Positions 18,139-26,604 are shown, counted from the stretch's first letter. The stretch is DNA of 64,000 bases from Kiritimatiellia bacterium (GCA_016284515.1 JAEEOY010000274.1:14738-78737), one strand, 5' to 3'. The notes: generated by a model from the letters alone, not told the origin. Made by a program: numbers and translations.

Positions 18139-20516
18139 TTTCGATACCTTCCCTTCTTGAATGTCGCTCGCGGTTTCGCCTTCGCCACCTGTCGCGGCTT
18201 GACGGACGCAGTCGGTTTCACCGTGCGGAACTTCGGCGGTGCAAGCGGATCCTTCGCCGTGCCGTCCTCCATAGCCGCCTCAAGGTCGATTTCAGACGGA
18301 TGCGGCAACGTCCCCGTGTCCCCCGTCCCCTCCGTCGTGTCGCTCGCTCCGTCATATCCTGCCGCCGAATCCTTTACGCCGAGAGCCGCCGTGTCGATTG
18401 TAGAAGATAGCGCGTCATAAGCACGGAACCACGATGCAAGGGCGAAGCAGCCAGTTACCGCGTCGCACCAGTGTTCGGGGCCTGTAGTCACCCAGTCCCA
18501 CGCCGTCGTTGTCTCGCGTCCGCTGTACGCTTGATATTTGCGCACAAGCCTTTCCGCTACTATCTCCTGTGCGAACCTGTAATGTTCGCTTGCGTCCCTG
18601 CCGAATACCGAGAGAGAGCCAGGCATTAGCGGATGCTCAAGAAATCCCGTCTGCATGACCTCTCGCCAGTACGGGGCCATGTAAGCCAAATATTCACCAA
18701 ACCGCGAACGGGTCGCGAAGATGTGGTCGCCGCGCCGTAGCATATCCGCCTTCCGCGTTCCGAACTTGTTCCACGGAAAGCCGCGCATTGAGAGAAGCGG
18801 AAACCCGACGGGCATTCGCTTGCGGATTACGAATAATGTCCTGTGTACCACGTCGGGGAGCCATCCACGGTCGAAAGCAAGGGCACGCACATTTATTGTT
18901 CGTCCGTGCGTGTCACGAATGCGCCGCGTAGCGATTAGGTTTACTACATCCCGTATTCCAGCCGCCACCCGCCTGTTCCTCGTTGTCTCGCTTGCGTTCG
19001 GCGGAACGAGCGGCGTGCCGTCCGACGGATACCGCCCGTAGTCGATTACCGCCCCGACCCTCTGCGGCCCGAAAGCGACGAGAGCCCACGACAACCCCGC
19101 GCCCGCCTGGATGTTGATGTCGCAAAAGCCGACTACTGTGTCTGTCCCCGGCGGCAACACGCCGCGCTCCGACCCGTTCATCGCGGAAGCCACGCGGTCG
19201 GCGTCGATCTGAATCTCCGCCAGTGCGTCAACGACCTTCATCATGATTTCGGCGTTGAAGGCGTCGCGGCCCATCTTGGCGCGGAGATTGAGAAGGTGAT
19301 GCACAACGTCAACCTCGCGCTTGTGGTCGAACTGTTCGGCGTCTACCGTCTCCATGCCCTCGAAGAGCGCGGCGTTGTCGCGATACCACTTTGTCGAGCG
19401 CGTGCGCTTGTAGTCTTTCGCCGCCGCGTCCGCCGCGTATTGCTCGCAGAACAACTCGCACAGACTATCCCAGTTTTTCGGCAACACCTTGATAAAGGGC
19501 TGAACCTTTACGGACCATTCGGGATACTTCGCCTGTGATGAGATTTCGGTCGCGACGTCCCCGAACCTCTGCGGCGTGATTGTCAGGAACGCCGAGATTG
19601 TAGAGTCGTGACCCGCGAGTCCGAGCGCGTCCGAGTGTATGTATTCCAGAATCTGCGCAACCAGTTTCGGGGAAGCCGCCGACTTGCGCGTCTGAGGGTC
19701 GTCAAGTAGAAGCATATCCGGGCGTTGTCCGCTTTCGTTCGCGCCGCGAATCGAGGAACCAACGCCCGTGACCGCCAGTATTCCGCCGCAGCCCTCGTCG
19801 AGAAGCCGCCCGTCAAACCCTCGCAAGGTCGGGAAAGTGATATGCTCGGCACCCCATTCAATCTCCGTCGCCTCGCCGTGGTAGGTCTGCGAAGCCGCGC
19901 GTTGCGAGACTCCGCCCAAATGGCGTATCGGTAGCGCAATCGCGGGGAAGTCCTGCCGGATTGCCTTAGACCTCGCCAGCAGTCGGCGTATTGTCTTGAG
20001 GTTGCGCTTGGCGACATTGAGCGAAGCGCCTATCGTAATCACGAACCGCCTGTGTCCGTAGAGCAATGCCCAGATGGCAGCGATAATGTCAATCCACGTC
20101 GTTTTTCCGCCGCCGCGTGCATACAGCTCCGCCGTCTGTCCGCCGTTGAGAATACACTCTTGTGCATCGTGGATTAGACCCGCCTTTATGTCCGCGCTCG
20201 CCCTGTGCCGCAACAATTCGCGGCAATACATCCACCCGAAAAGCTCCAAATCAAACTTGCACCTTGCTTTCAGTCGCGGATGTCGCGGCGCGGGTATCTC
20301 CCCTACGTCGTTACGCCTGTTGACGTATGCCGCAACGCGGTCAGCCGTGGACTTTGGCGCGTTTTTTGCGGTCGCTTTTTTGAGTTGCCGAACAGTAGCA
20401 GCCGCGCGGAATGCCCGCAGCTCCTCATCGGTGAACTTTCTACCGACTGTCGCCTCTGCGTTGACGCGCGTAACGCCCTGCAACGCAAGGGCTTTGATCT
20501 GTTCGATTACAGTCAT
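18135..20516 (-). CDS. Terminase large subunit of the GpA/lambda-like family, with a C-terminal extension.
   Basis: The N-terminal region carries a Walker A-like ARGGGKTTW motif in a lambda gpA-like context. 793 aa. Immediately upstream of the portal and late genes. Confidence 0.7.
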   Translation of the reverse strand: MTVIEQIKALALQGVTRVNAEATVGRKFTDEELRAFRAAATVRQLKKATAKNAPKSTADRVAAYVNRRNDVGEIPAPRHPRLKARCKFDLELFGWMYCRELLRHRASADIKAGLIHDAQECILNGGQTAELYARGGGKTTWIDIIAAIWALLYGHRRFVITIGASLNVAKRNLKTIRRLLARSKAIRQDFPAIALPIRHLGGVSQRAASQTYHGEATEIEWGAEHITFPTLRGFDGRLLDEGCGGILAVTGVGSSIRGANESGQRPDMLLLDDPQTRKSAASPKLVAQILEYIHSDALGLAGHDSTISAFLTITPQRFGDVATEISSQAKYPEWSVKVQPFIKVLPKNWDSLCELFCEQYAADAAAKDYKRTRSTKWYRDNAALFEGMETVDAEQFDHKREVDVVHHLLNLRAKMGRDAFNAEIMMKVVDALAEIQIDADRVASAMNGSERGVLPPGTDTVVGFCDINIQAGAGLSWALVAFGPQRVGAVIDYGRYPSDGTPLVPPNASETTRNRRVAAGIRDVVNLIATRRIRDTHGRTINVRALAFDRGWLPDVVHRTLFVIRKRMPVGFPLLSMRGFPWNKFGTRKADMLRRGDHIFATRSRFGEYLAYMAPYWREVMQTGFLEHPLMPGSLSVFGRDASEHYRFAQEIVAERLVRKYQAYSGRETTTAWDWVTTGPEHWCDAVTGCFALASWFRAYDALSSTIDTAALGVKDSAAGYDGASDTTEGTGDTGTLPHPSEIDLEAAMEDGTAKDPLAPPKFRTVKPTASVKPRQVAKAKPRATFKKGRYRK

Positions 20517-21964
20517 TCAGCCAAGAAACCGCCTTTCGCGAGCGAAAATAGAACGTCTTTCGCGCGACGATACCTTCGCCCGCCGGGCAATGGTAGGGAA
20601 AACTCGAATCCGACATACTTCGTCAACTCGTCTTTCGTGAGTTCTCGGCTTTTCTTGACCGCCGCGCGGAACACCATGCCGTCATCGAACCACTTTTCGA
20701 TTTCGAGCCCTACCGTAGATAGCGACCTCGCGAGAGATGCGCGGTCGTGGTAATGCTGATAGTACCAATGTCCTGCGCGAAGTATCGCCGTGAAGTTGTC
20801 GGAGTCAAGGAACGAAATCATGCGCTTGTCAGAATTGTCGGCGGACACCTTCGCTTGCATCCGCCGCTTCACGTCCACAAGCGAGCGCCCGGAACAGAAG
20901 ATGCGCCCGTCAGGACTGCAGAACGCATTGAGACAACCCAGTACCGATAATTCGGCGTCCATACTGTCTACCGAATTGAGTACGGAATCGCAGATTACCA
21001 CATCGAACCGCCCGTGCTTCTCGATGTGCCGACATAGCGCGTCTATCTGCCTGTTGCCCTTCGCAATGTCGATAGCCTTTCGGTTATTGTTGTAGAACTC
21101 TACCCCGAGCGCGTGCGGAATGCGCCGAGCCAACGCCGTGATATATGCACCCCGTCCGCAGCCGAAGTCAAGGACGGACGGCGGGGTCGGGCGTGCGTTT
21201 ATGTACGGAAGCGCCAGCCGTTCGTATGTCATCGAAGCCCATTGCTTCTGCCCTTCGGTTTTCTCCGTATGTCGGAACAGTTGCGCCAGCCCCTGTACAT
21301 AAGTCTCCTTCGGAAGGCTATCATACGAATATTCGCCATAGCCCTGCGTGAGATACTTTTCAGCTACCGACATTTTCGCCGCCGGGATTGCCGACACATT
21401 TACCTTCAATCGCAGGTTCTGGCACGCCTTGATATATGGCGCGCCGATGAACACACGCCGACCGCAGACCACGGCGCAGAACACATTGCCGTAGCGAAGT
21501 ATCAGCTTGCAGACCTCCTTCACTGATGTGCCGGGCGCGTAGTCCACTCGAAAGTCGGAAGCCGACATTTCAGAAAATCCGGCGGGGGCGTCCATGAGAC
21601 ATATTGCGGCGTTTCGGGACTGGTCTGTGCCGTTGTGCAGCTGGTTGAAAGTCATTTCGTCGGCGGTGGATATGCCTTCCAAGAAGAAGCACGGGACGCG
21701 CTCGATGCCCGCCGCCTTCGCCGCCTTCGTCCTCTGGTGCCCGGCTATGATTACACGGTTGCCACGGTTGACTATCGGGGGCAATATGCAGCCGAGCTCG
21801 CGCAGACTGTCAGCAAGAGCCGCCGACTGTTCGGCTGTTATCCTGCGCGGGTTGTAGGGCGCGGGCGTGAGACTGTTTACGTTTACATACTCAATCATGA
21901 GTCGTTGCCTCTTGGACGATAAGATGCGAGAAGAATCCATAACCGCAACTGCCATTCTGGACAT
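20513..21964 (-). CDS. Fusion of a ParB-like nuclease N-terminal domain with a class I SAM-dependent methyltransferase.
   Basis: The N-terminus NPRRITAEQSAALADSLRELGCILPPIVNRGNRVIIAGHQR matches the ParB/Srx fold. The C-terminal half carries motif I VLDFGCGRGAY. Its stop overlaps the terminase start. Confidence 0.6.
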   Translation of the reverse strand: MSRMAVAVMDSSRILSSKRQRLMIEYVNVNSLTPAPYNPRRITAEQSAALADSLRELGCILPPIVNRGNRVIIAGHQRTKAAKAAGIERVPCFFLEGISTADEMTFNQLHNGTDQSRNAAICLMDAPAGFSEMSASDFRVDYAPGTSVKEVCKLILRYGNVFCAVVCGRRVFIGAPYIKACQNLRLKVNVSAIPAAKMSVAEKYLTQGYGEYSYDSLPKETYVQGLAQLFRHTEKTEGQKQWASMTYERLALPYINARPTPPSVLDFGCGRGAYITALARRIPHALGVEFYNNNRKAIDIAKGNRQIDALCRHIEKHGRFDVVICDSVLNSVDSMDAELSVLGCLNAFCSPDGRIFCSGRSLVDVKRRMQAKVSADNSDKRMISFLDSDNFTAILRAGHWYYQHYHDRASLARSLSTVGLEIEKWFDDGMVFRAAVKKSRELTKDELTKYVGFEFSLPLPGGRRYRRAKDVLFSLAKGGFLAE

Positions 21965-22538
21965 ACTTCTCGTAAGCAGACCTTATCAGCGAAATCTCCT
22001 CCTCCGAGACGGGTATCCGAAGCCCGCCGAAGTTTACGAGTGTCACTCCGTCCGACAAGTCCCCCTTGTCGCCCTCGTCAATCTCCGCCGTGTCCTCCTC
22101 CGTCGCGGCGAGTAGAGCCTCTACCGCCTCGCTCCCCATGAGCCGATCCAGCTCCTCCCTGTCATACTGTTCGAGCAACTTCTCCGCGTCGGGCGTGCCG
22201 TCCACGGTATTGGCTGAAACGATAAACTCGCGCCGCTCTTCGGGAGTCATGTCCGTTACGTCGCAGAACCACTCGGCGGGAACCTCGCCCTCCTCGCCGT
22301 AGATGGCTTTCAGTTCGCGGAGCCGCTTGTTTCCGCTAATAATTACCCGCTGCCCCCTGTAGTCCGTGCCGTTTATGGCGCGGAAGTCGCGGACATAGGC
22401 CAGCCGCATAGCCTTCAAGCCTTTGGGGACGCGTTCGAGCTTGCCGCGTAGCCGCTCCAGCGCGTCCGGGGTTGCCACATACGGATTGTCGGGGTTTTCT
22501 ATGTAGTCGGATAGTTTGACTGTCTTTTCAGTTTTCAT
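21891..22538 (-). CDS. ParB-like nuclease domain protein.
   Basis: QRVIISGNKRLRELK is a ParB N-domain-like motif. Acidic C-terminus. Overlaps the downstream ParB-methyltransferase gene by about 70 nt. Confidence 0.55.
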   Translation of the reverse strand: MKTEKTVKLSDYIENPDNPYVATPDALERLRGKLERVPKGLKAMRLAYVRDFRAINGTDYRGQRVIISGNKRLRELKAIYGEEGEVPAEWFCDVTDMTPEERREFIVSANTVDGTPDAEKLLEQYDREELDRLMGSEAVEALLAATEEDTAEIDEGDKGDLSDGVTLVNFGGLRIPVSEEEISLIRSAYEKYVQNGSCGYGFFSHLIVQEATTHD

Positions 22539-22704
22539 AAATTTATTTTTGATTTTCGTTAGTCAGTAAATTTATTTAACCTTGCGCGTGAAACTGCCCC
22601 TTCGGGCTTGACCTTGACAGTACCTTAGCGGGGGGGGTGTCCGTTCGCCCCATCCGCATTTCATGGATTATGTAAGTAGGTGTTTCGCGCCTGTTCATGT
22701 GCGC

Positions 22705-22713
22705 ATTATAGCA
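22705..22713 (-). promoter_or_regulatory. Promoter of the packaging/middle operon: extended -10 TGcTATAAT with a ~165-nt leader.
   Basis: The minus strand reads gatgTGcTATAATgcgcacatg. It lies downstream of repeat element C and a terminator. Confidence 0.35.
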
Positions 22714-22739
22714 CATCCCGACCGCACATAAAGCCATTT

Positions 22740-22845
22740 CACGGAACATTGTGCCCCGTTCGGTCGCAAACTCGCACGAGAAGGCCCCTTCCTGCCCTTT
22801 GCGCTCGTCAAGGGTAAATGTATGCCCCCGCCCGCGCAAACGCAA
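22740..22845. repeat. Repeat element C, a partial copy of the A/B element family.
   Basis: cgcacgagaaggccccttcctgccctttgcgctcgtcaaggg followed by ggaaggcccgttgtcgttgct matches the units in A and B. Confidence 0.45.
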
Positions 22846-22876
22846 GGAAGGCCCGTTGTCGTTGCTCTGTTGGCGT

Positions 22877-22906
22877 TTCGCGGATAAAACAAAAGGCGGC
22901 CCGAAT
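22877..22906 (-). terminator. Rho-independent terminator after the replication gene.
   Basis: The minus strand reads GGGCGGCtcattcggGCCGCCttttgtttt: a 6-7-bp GC stem with a U-tract. Confidence 0.5.
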
Positions 22907-22942
22907 GAGCCGCCCTGTGTGAATCTTGATGGTAGATGTTAT

Positions 22943-23950
22943 TTAGTCGTAGTCCCCAAACCAAATGCTCTGTCTGTTTAATGCGTCACTGGCCTTGTCT
23001 TCCCCTGCCTTGTCGGCGTGATACTTAGCCTCTTTGGTGATATAGGAAGCAATGAAGGCTTCGCGATTGGCAATGTGGTCATACGAGTTAATCGCCACGC
23101 CTATCCTATTCACGAACCTGTCTGCCTGATCTTCGACGTATACCTGCCACTCCGCCCTGTTGAGTCCGGGAGCATTTTCAGTCAACCTGTCCCAGATAGC
23201 CTCGGCGCAACGCTCTTTCAGCGACTTCGGGGCGGCTCCTGTAGTCGCGGGGGCTGTCGGCGTGCCTGTGCCTTGCTGTGGTACCTCGTCTTTCCACCTC
23301 TCTTGGTTTAGGAAGGTGGACGGGTGAGGAATGTACTGCTGATCCTTCCCCGCCCATTCAGCACCGTGCGCCTCTATGCCCTTGAGTATGTCAGCCAGCA
23401 GGGCTTTCGGGTCTTTGGACTTTTTGGCTTTCGCCTTGAAGGCCTTAAGGGCTGCTGGCTTACCGACCTTGCGGGGATACGCCCCGTAGAATTTATTGAA
23501 CAATTCTTCAATGTCCACGCCTTTCTCACTCTCCCCCTGTGGGGGATGTAAGGGGGTATTATTGTTTGTTTGATTAGTGTCGTTTAGTATCGTATCGTGT
23601 CGTGTCGTGTCGGTTGGGTTTTGTTGGGTTTCCTGTTGGGTTTTCGTTGGGTTTTCGTTGGGTTTTTGCGTATCAGTAGAACTGCGCGGTCTTCCGCCTT
23701 TTCTGCCGTTTTCGGCGGCTGTGACCGCCTTGCGCTCGGTCTTGGCACATCCGCCATTTCGCTTTTCGGCGAATCTTTCATTTGCGGTCTTGATCACGTC
23801 GAACATGAATCCCGCCGCGCCTGTCGGACGCGCGAAATCCCGTCCCAATCGCCAACGCAACAGCGCAATGACTACGGCGTCGCGGTCGACTTGACTCGCT
23901 TCTGCTAGTCCCTGCAGATGCTCTGCATACAGTATTATTCCGGGGTTCAT
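22943..23950 (-). CDS. Replication initiation or replisome-organiser protein with a C-terminal Phg_2220_C-like domain.
   Basis: The C-terminus EELFNKFYGAYPRKVGKPAALKAFKAKAKKS...YIPHPSTFLNQERWKDE matches the conserved phage C-terminal domain seen in phage replication proteins. The N-terminal domain is separated from it by a low-complexity linker encoded by tandem DNA repeats. Confidence 0.5.
   Translation of the reverse strand: MNPGIILYAEHLQGLAEASQVDRDAVVIALLRWRLGRDFARPTGAAGFMFDVIKTANERFAEKRNGGCAKTERKAVTAAENGRKGGRPRSSTDTQKPNENPTKTQQETQQNPTDTTRHDTILNDTNQTNNNTPLHPPQGESEKGVDIEELFNKFYGAYPRKVGKPAALKAFKAKAKKSKDPKALLADILKGIEAHGAEWAGKDQQYIPHPSTFLNQERWKDEVPQQGTGTPTAPATTGAAPKSLKERCAEAIWDRLTENAPGLNRAEWQVYVEDQADRFVNRIGVAINSYDHIANREAFIASYITKEAKYHADKAGEDKASDALNRQSIWFGDYD
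23588..23668. repeat. Intragenic tandem repeats, (TCGTG)x4 followed by GTTGGGTTTT(C) x5 at ~11-bp period; candidate origin iterons within the rep gene.
   Basis: gtatcgtatcgtgtcgtgtcgtgtcg, then gttgggttttg ttgggtttcct gttgggttttc gttgggttttc gttgggttttt. This encodes the Thr/Gln/Asn-rich linker of the Rep-like protein. Confidence 0.45.
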
Positions 23951-24003
23951 CTTGGCTCCGTGTAGATTAAGGGGTACTCACCTAGCGGCTTTCCCCCGTG
24001 TGT

Positions 24004-24330
24004 TTATTTCGCGTCCTTGAGCGCGGCGGCAATGCGCTCGCACACGCGCGTGCCCTCTGCGATATACTTATTGTGCGCGAGGTTTTCTTGAATCGTCTCA
24101 AGGTCGCGTGCCACGCCTGCGACATTGAGCGCGGTTTGTGCTACATCAGTAGGAATCGGTCCGTCTGCGCGCATAAGCTCGGTGCGAATAATTCGCGACT
24201 CCACCTGCGCCCGCTCTGTAAGCGACTTCAATTCAATGAGCATATGCTCCAGACCGTGAATCTCTTTCGCCACGTCGCGAAGGTCTTTCTCAACATCGCG
24301 CATCATTGTAGTCATATCTATTTTTTTCAT
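24004..24330 (-). CDS. Phage hypothetical protein of 108 aa, helical.
   Basis: Clean ORF in the early/middle operon. Confidence 0.45.
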   Translation of the reverse strand: MKKIDMTTMMRDVEKDLRDVAKEIHGLEHMLIELKSLTERAQVESRIIRTELMRADGPIPTDVAQTALNVAGVARDLETIQENLAHNKYIAEGTRVCERIAAALKDAK

Positions 24331-24387
24331 TTTGTTTTTCCTTTCTTGGCTTTTTTACGGGGCGGGGAACACCCCACCCCAAATTGA

Positions 24388-24783
24388 TTAGCGAGTGTAG
24401 TCCTCCGCCTCGACCACGGCTTCGATTTCGTGCGCATGTTCAAGCGCAATAGCCTTCGCGTATTCGCATGCGCTCGCAATGTCGGGGGCGGCAAGACGCA
24501 CATACACTGACTTCGTGATAGTCACCTTCACGGCGAACATCTCGCACCCGCGTGCATTGCGGGCGGGGAAGTATTCTCCCGCGCCCATGTCCCACTTGAG
24601 TGGTTCGCTGATTGAGTCGCGAATCTGCGCGAACTCTTTCGCAGTTATTTCGGCTTTGTCGAAGTCCGTCTTTTTAGCGGTCGCGAGTCCGCACCGCTCG
24701 ACGGCGCGGGAAAAGTCGCGGAACTTTGCGTTCAGCGCCTTGAGGTTCTTGGGCTTGTTCATTGTCTTGGCTTTGGTTTTCAT
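24388..24783 (-). CDS. Phage hypothetical protein of 131 aa.
   Basis: SD AAGGAAG upstream. Downstream of the promoter embedded in the zinc-ribbon gene. Confidence 0.45.
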   Translation of the reverse strand: MKTKAKTMNKPKNLKALNAKFRDFSRAVERCGLATAKKTDFDKAEITAKEFAQIRDSISEPLKWDMGAGEYFPARNARGCEMFAVKVTITKSVYVRLAAPDIASACEYAKAIALEHAHEIEAVVEAEDYTR

Positions 24784-24829
24784 CTTGGCTTCCTTACTTT
24801 TTTGGTTATGTGTGTTAGTTTTGCGGCGG

Positions 24830-24855
24830 ATTATACCCCGCCGCTCGGTATATTG
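24830..24855 (-). promoter_or_regulatory. Consensus sigma70-type promoter TTGACA-N18-TATAAT embedded in the last 9 codons of zinc-ribbon paralog 3.
   Basis: The minus strand reads gcaGTTGACAatataccgagcggcggggTATAAtccgccgc. The -10 overlaps the TAA stop and sits in the loop of the hairpin GCGGCGG...CCGCCGC. Confidence 0.35.
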
Positions 24856-25019
24856 TCAACTGCGGCGCGGGGGCGGTAGAGTATCAGCGACCGCGCTCCG
24901 CACCTCCAGCATTTCGCGTAAATTCGGCGCTCGCCACGGACTACCCGCGAGGAAGTCTTCCTCCACGGATTGAATTGTCCGCACCTCGGGCACTGTTCGA
25001 TATCGCGAATTACGACCAT
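24831..25019 (-). CDS. Zinc-ribbon mini-protein paralog 3 (Cys4, 62 aa).
   Basis: MVVIRDIEQCPRCGQFNPWRKTSSRVVRGERRIYAKCWRCGA aligns along its length with paralog 1 (IRKIEKCPECGKWQPWRKYSTRTYKGVRRVYVKCAQCG). Confidence 0.5.
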   Translation of the reverse strand: MVVIRDIEQCPRCGQFNPWRKTSSRVVRGERRIYAKCWRCGARSLILYRPRAAVDNIPSGGV

Positions 25020-25030
25020 TGCGTCCTCCG

Positions 25031-25399
25031 TCAGAATGGCATCGGTTCATCTTCGGGCGTCTCGTCGGGCGCGGGGGCGTCGGTAGCAGCGGGAGCGGCT
25101 TCGAGCACCTTGATTTTGGCGGCATAAAGCCGCGTCGAAAATCCCGAGCGCCCGTCAACCTCCCAGCGCCTTCCGCCGATGCGTCCCTCTACCTGCACGA
25201 CATCGCCGGGGTCGAGCGGGTCGGCAAGCGCGCACTTGTCGCCCGTCAGCGTGATTGCGACGGGGTTGTCGCGGTGCTGGTTCTTGAACTCATATCCGCA
25301 ATCAAGAACAACCTCGCGGAAGGTCGCATTCGCTCGGGTCTGTGTCTCCGCAATCGCGGACACCGTGCCGACGAGCTCGAATTCAGTCGAGTGTTCCAT
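25031..25399 (-). CDS. ssb: Single-stranded DNA-binding protein.
   Basis: OB-fold-like core and an acidic C-terminal tail ending DETPEDEPMPF, like the DDDIPF tail of SSBs. Confidence 0.65.
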   Translation of the reverse strand: MEHSTEFELVGTVSAIAETQTRANATFREVVLDCGYEFKNQHRDNPVAITLTGDKCALADPLDPGDVVQVEGRIGGRRWEVDGRSGFSTRLYAAKIKVLEAAPAATDAPAPDETPEDEPMPF

Positions 25400-25473
25400 G
25401 TTTCCTCCCTTCGTCTATGCGGCCTTCGCAATATCCGGCGACGTAGCTTGCCGCGACCGTCACGGCGGCGAGA

Positions 25474-25646
25474 ATAGCAATGCTAATCATTGTTCTGTAC
25501 CTCCGAATTTGGTTCATTAATTCTGCTCCATCCTACGATTTTCATGGCGGATTTGGTGTCGGTGATTCGTGACATTTCCACGATTATCTCCCCCCCCCCT
25601 AAAAATTCAAAGATAGTGTCAACTCTATGTTTCAGCTCTGCTATTT
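25474..25646 (-). CDS. Small ORF of 57 aa containing a G10 homopolymer.
   Basis: Manual translation gives MTDEIAELKHRVDTIFEFLGGGEIIVEMSRITDTKSAMKIVGWSRINEPNSEVQNND. The codons TTA GGG GGG GGG GAG give G10, read as C10 on the plus strand at 25582-25591. Confidence 0.3.
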
Positions 25647-25648
25647 CG

Positions 25649-25962
25649 TCAGTCATTGTCAACCCCCTGTTCTTGGATTAGTCCCGCCGCCGCGAGTCCC
25701 TCCGAAATCGCGCGGCGCATGACGGTTTCGGGTCGTTCTGTCGTGTGGATCGTGTCCGCCGCCGTGAGTCGCGCGAAAACGGGCATCAGCCGCATTAGCC
25801 GCGCTTCCACAGCCTCGGCTATCATTTCCGCGACCCCCCGCCAGTCGGTCCCGACGGGCATTTTCGCGGCGTTTTCGGCGGTCGTGGGGGTGGCCGTTGC
25901 GCCGCGCTTGCACGGACGGCCACGGCGTGCGCCTGTGGAAGGCTTCACTATTCCGCTCATGC
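25649..25962 (-). CDS. Phage hypothetical protein of about 104 aa.
   Basis: Start MSGIVKPSTGARRGRP... at ATG 25962. The ORF-track 240-aa extension upstream (25649..26371) is Arg-rich antisense noise. Confidence 0.4.
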
Positions 25963-26343
25963 CGCCACCTCCTTCTTCGCAGTCGCGTTCTCGATGAACC
26001 GCTTGACGCTTTCGGCGTCGTATCCGTGCGCCCGTGACGAGCCAGCGAAGTACGCCGGGGTGATGTGTCCGCGCGCGGCGTATGTGCGCAAGCTGCGCAC
26101 CGACAACCCCGTGACCTTCGCGACCTCCGCCGCGCTCATTACGGCGGGGAACGGAGCGGGCTTCGCTTCGTGCGATTCGGCGGGAATCCGCCCGTTCAGC
26201 GCATTCGCGACCGCCTCGCGCTCCGCAGTAGTGGCGGAGTTGTCGGCGGCGAGAAGCGCCGTTATCGCGCCCTTCGTGACATTCGAAATCATGCCGCACC
26301 TCCCTTCGCGTGAAACGCACCGCGAGAAGCGCGGCGTTCGCAC
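25957..26343 (-). CDS. HTH DNA-binding protein of the excisionase/AlpA type (HTH_17-like).
   Basis: MSAAEVAKVTGLSVRSLRTYAARGHITPAYFAGSSRAHGYDAESVKRFI matches the Xis/AlpA/MerR-like winged-helix pattern. Confidence 0.5.
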   Translation of the reverse strand: MRTPRFSRCVSREGRCGMISNVTKGAITALLAADNSATTAEREAVANALNGRIPAESHEAKPAPFPAVMSAAEVAKVTGLSVRSLRTYAARGHITPAYFAGSSRAHGYDAESVKRFIENATAKKEVAA

Positions 26344-26483
26344 CTGTGACGTTCTGCTTCGACAATGTCAACGGCTTCGCGCAGAAGCGAGCGGCGGTTT
26401 TGTTCCGCGCGTCCGGCGAGCCAGTTGTATGTCGGCTGAATGAGTTTCAGCATCACCGACTTTTCGTTTTTGGGTATTCCCAT
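26289..26483 (-). CDS. Small ribbon-helix-helix-like protein of 64 aa.
   Basis: Start MGIPKNEKSVMLKLIQPTYNWLAGRAEQNRRSLLREAVDIV at ATG 26483. The beta-strand plus two helices fit an RHH fold. The 157-aa ORF-track version is probably over-extended. Confidence 0.35.
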   Translation of the reverse strand: MGIPKNEKSVMLKLIQPTYNWLAGRAEQNRRSLLREAVDIVEAERHRCERRASRGAFHAKGGAA

Positions 26484-26604
26484 AGCAACAGTATCCTTTC
26501 TGTGTTCTATTGCCGTCGGGTAAAAATGCCGTTCACGGACAACGCAATCGCACGGGGCGCATTGCGTCCCGTTCAACTTGCCATCATGTCCGTAAAAAGA
26601 CATA

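Noticed and set aside
22576-22964. Two 89-aa minus-strand ORFs in the rep-parB intergenic gap
   Set aside because: They cover repeat element C, a terminator and a promoter. No RBS. Likely noncoding.
25649-26371. 240-aa minus-strand ORF
   Set aside because: Its N-terminal two thirds are Arg/Gly-rich out-of-frame overlap of the Xis-like HTH gene. Only the C-terminal ~104 aa (25649..25962) look like a real protein.
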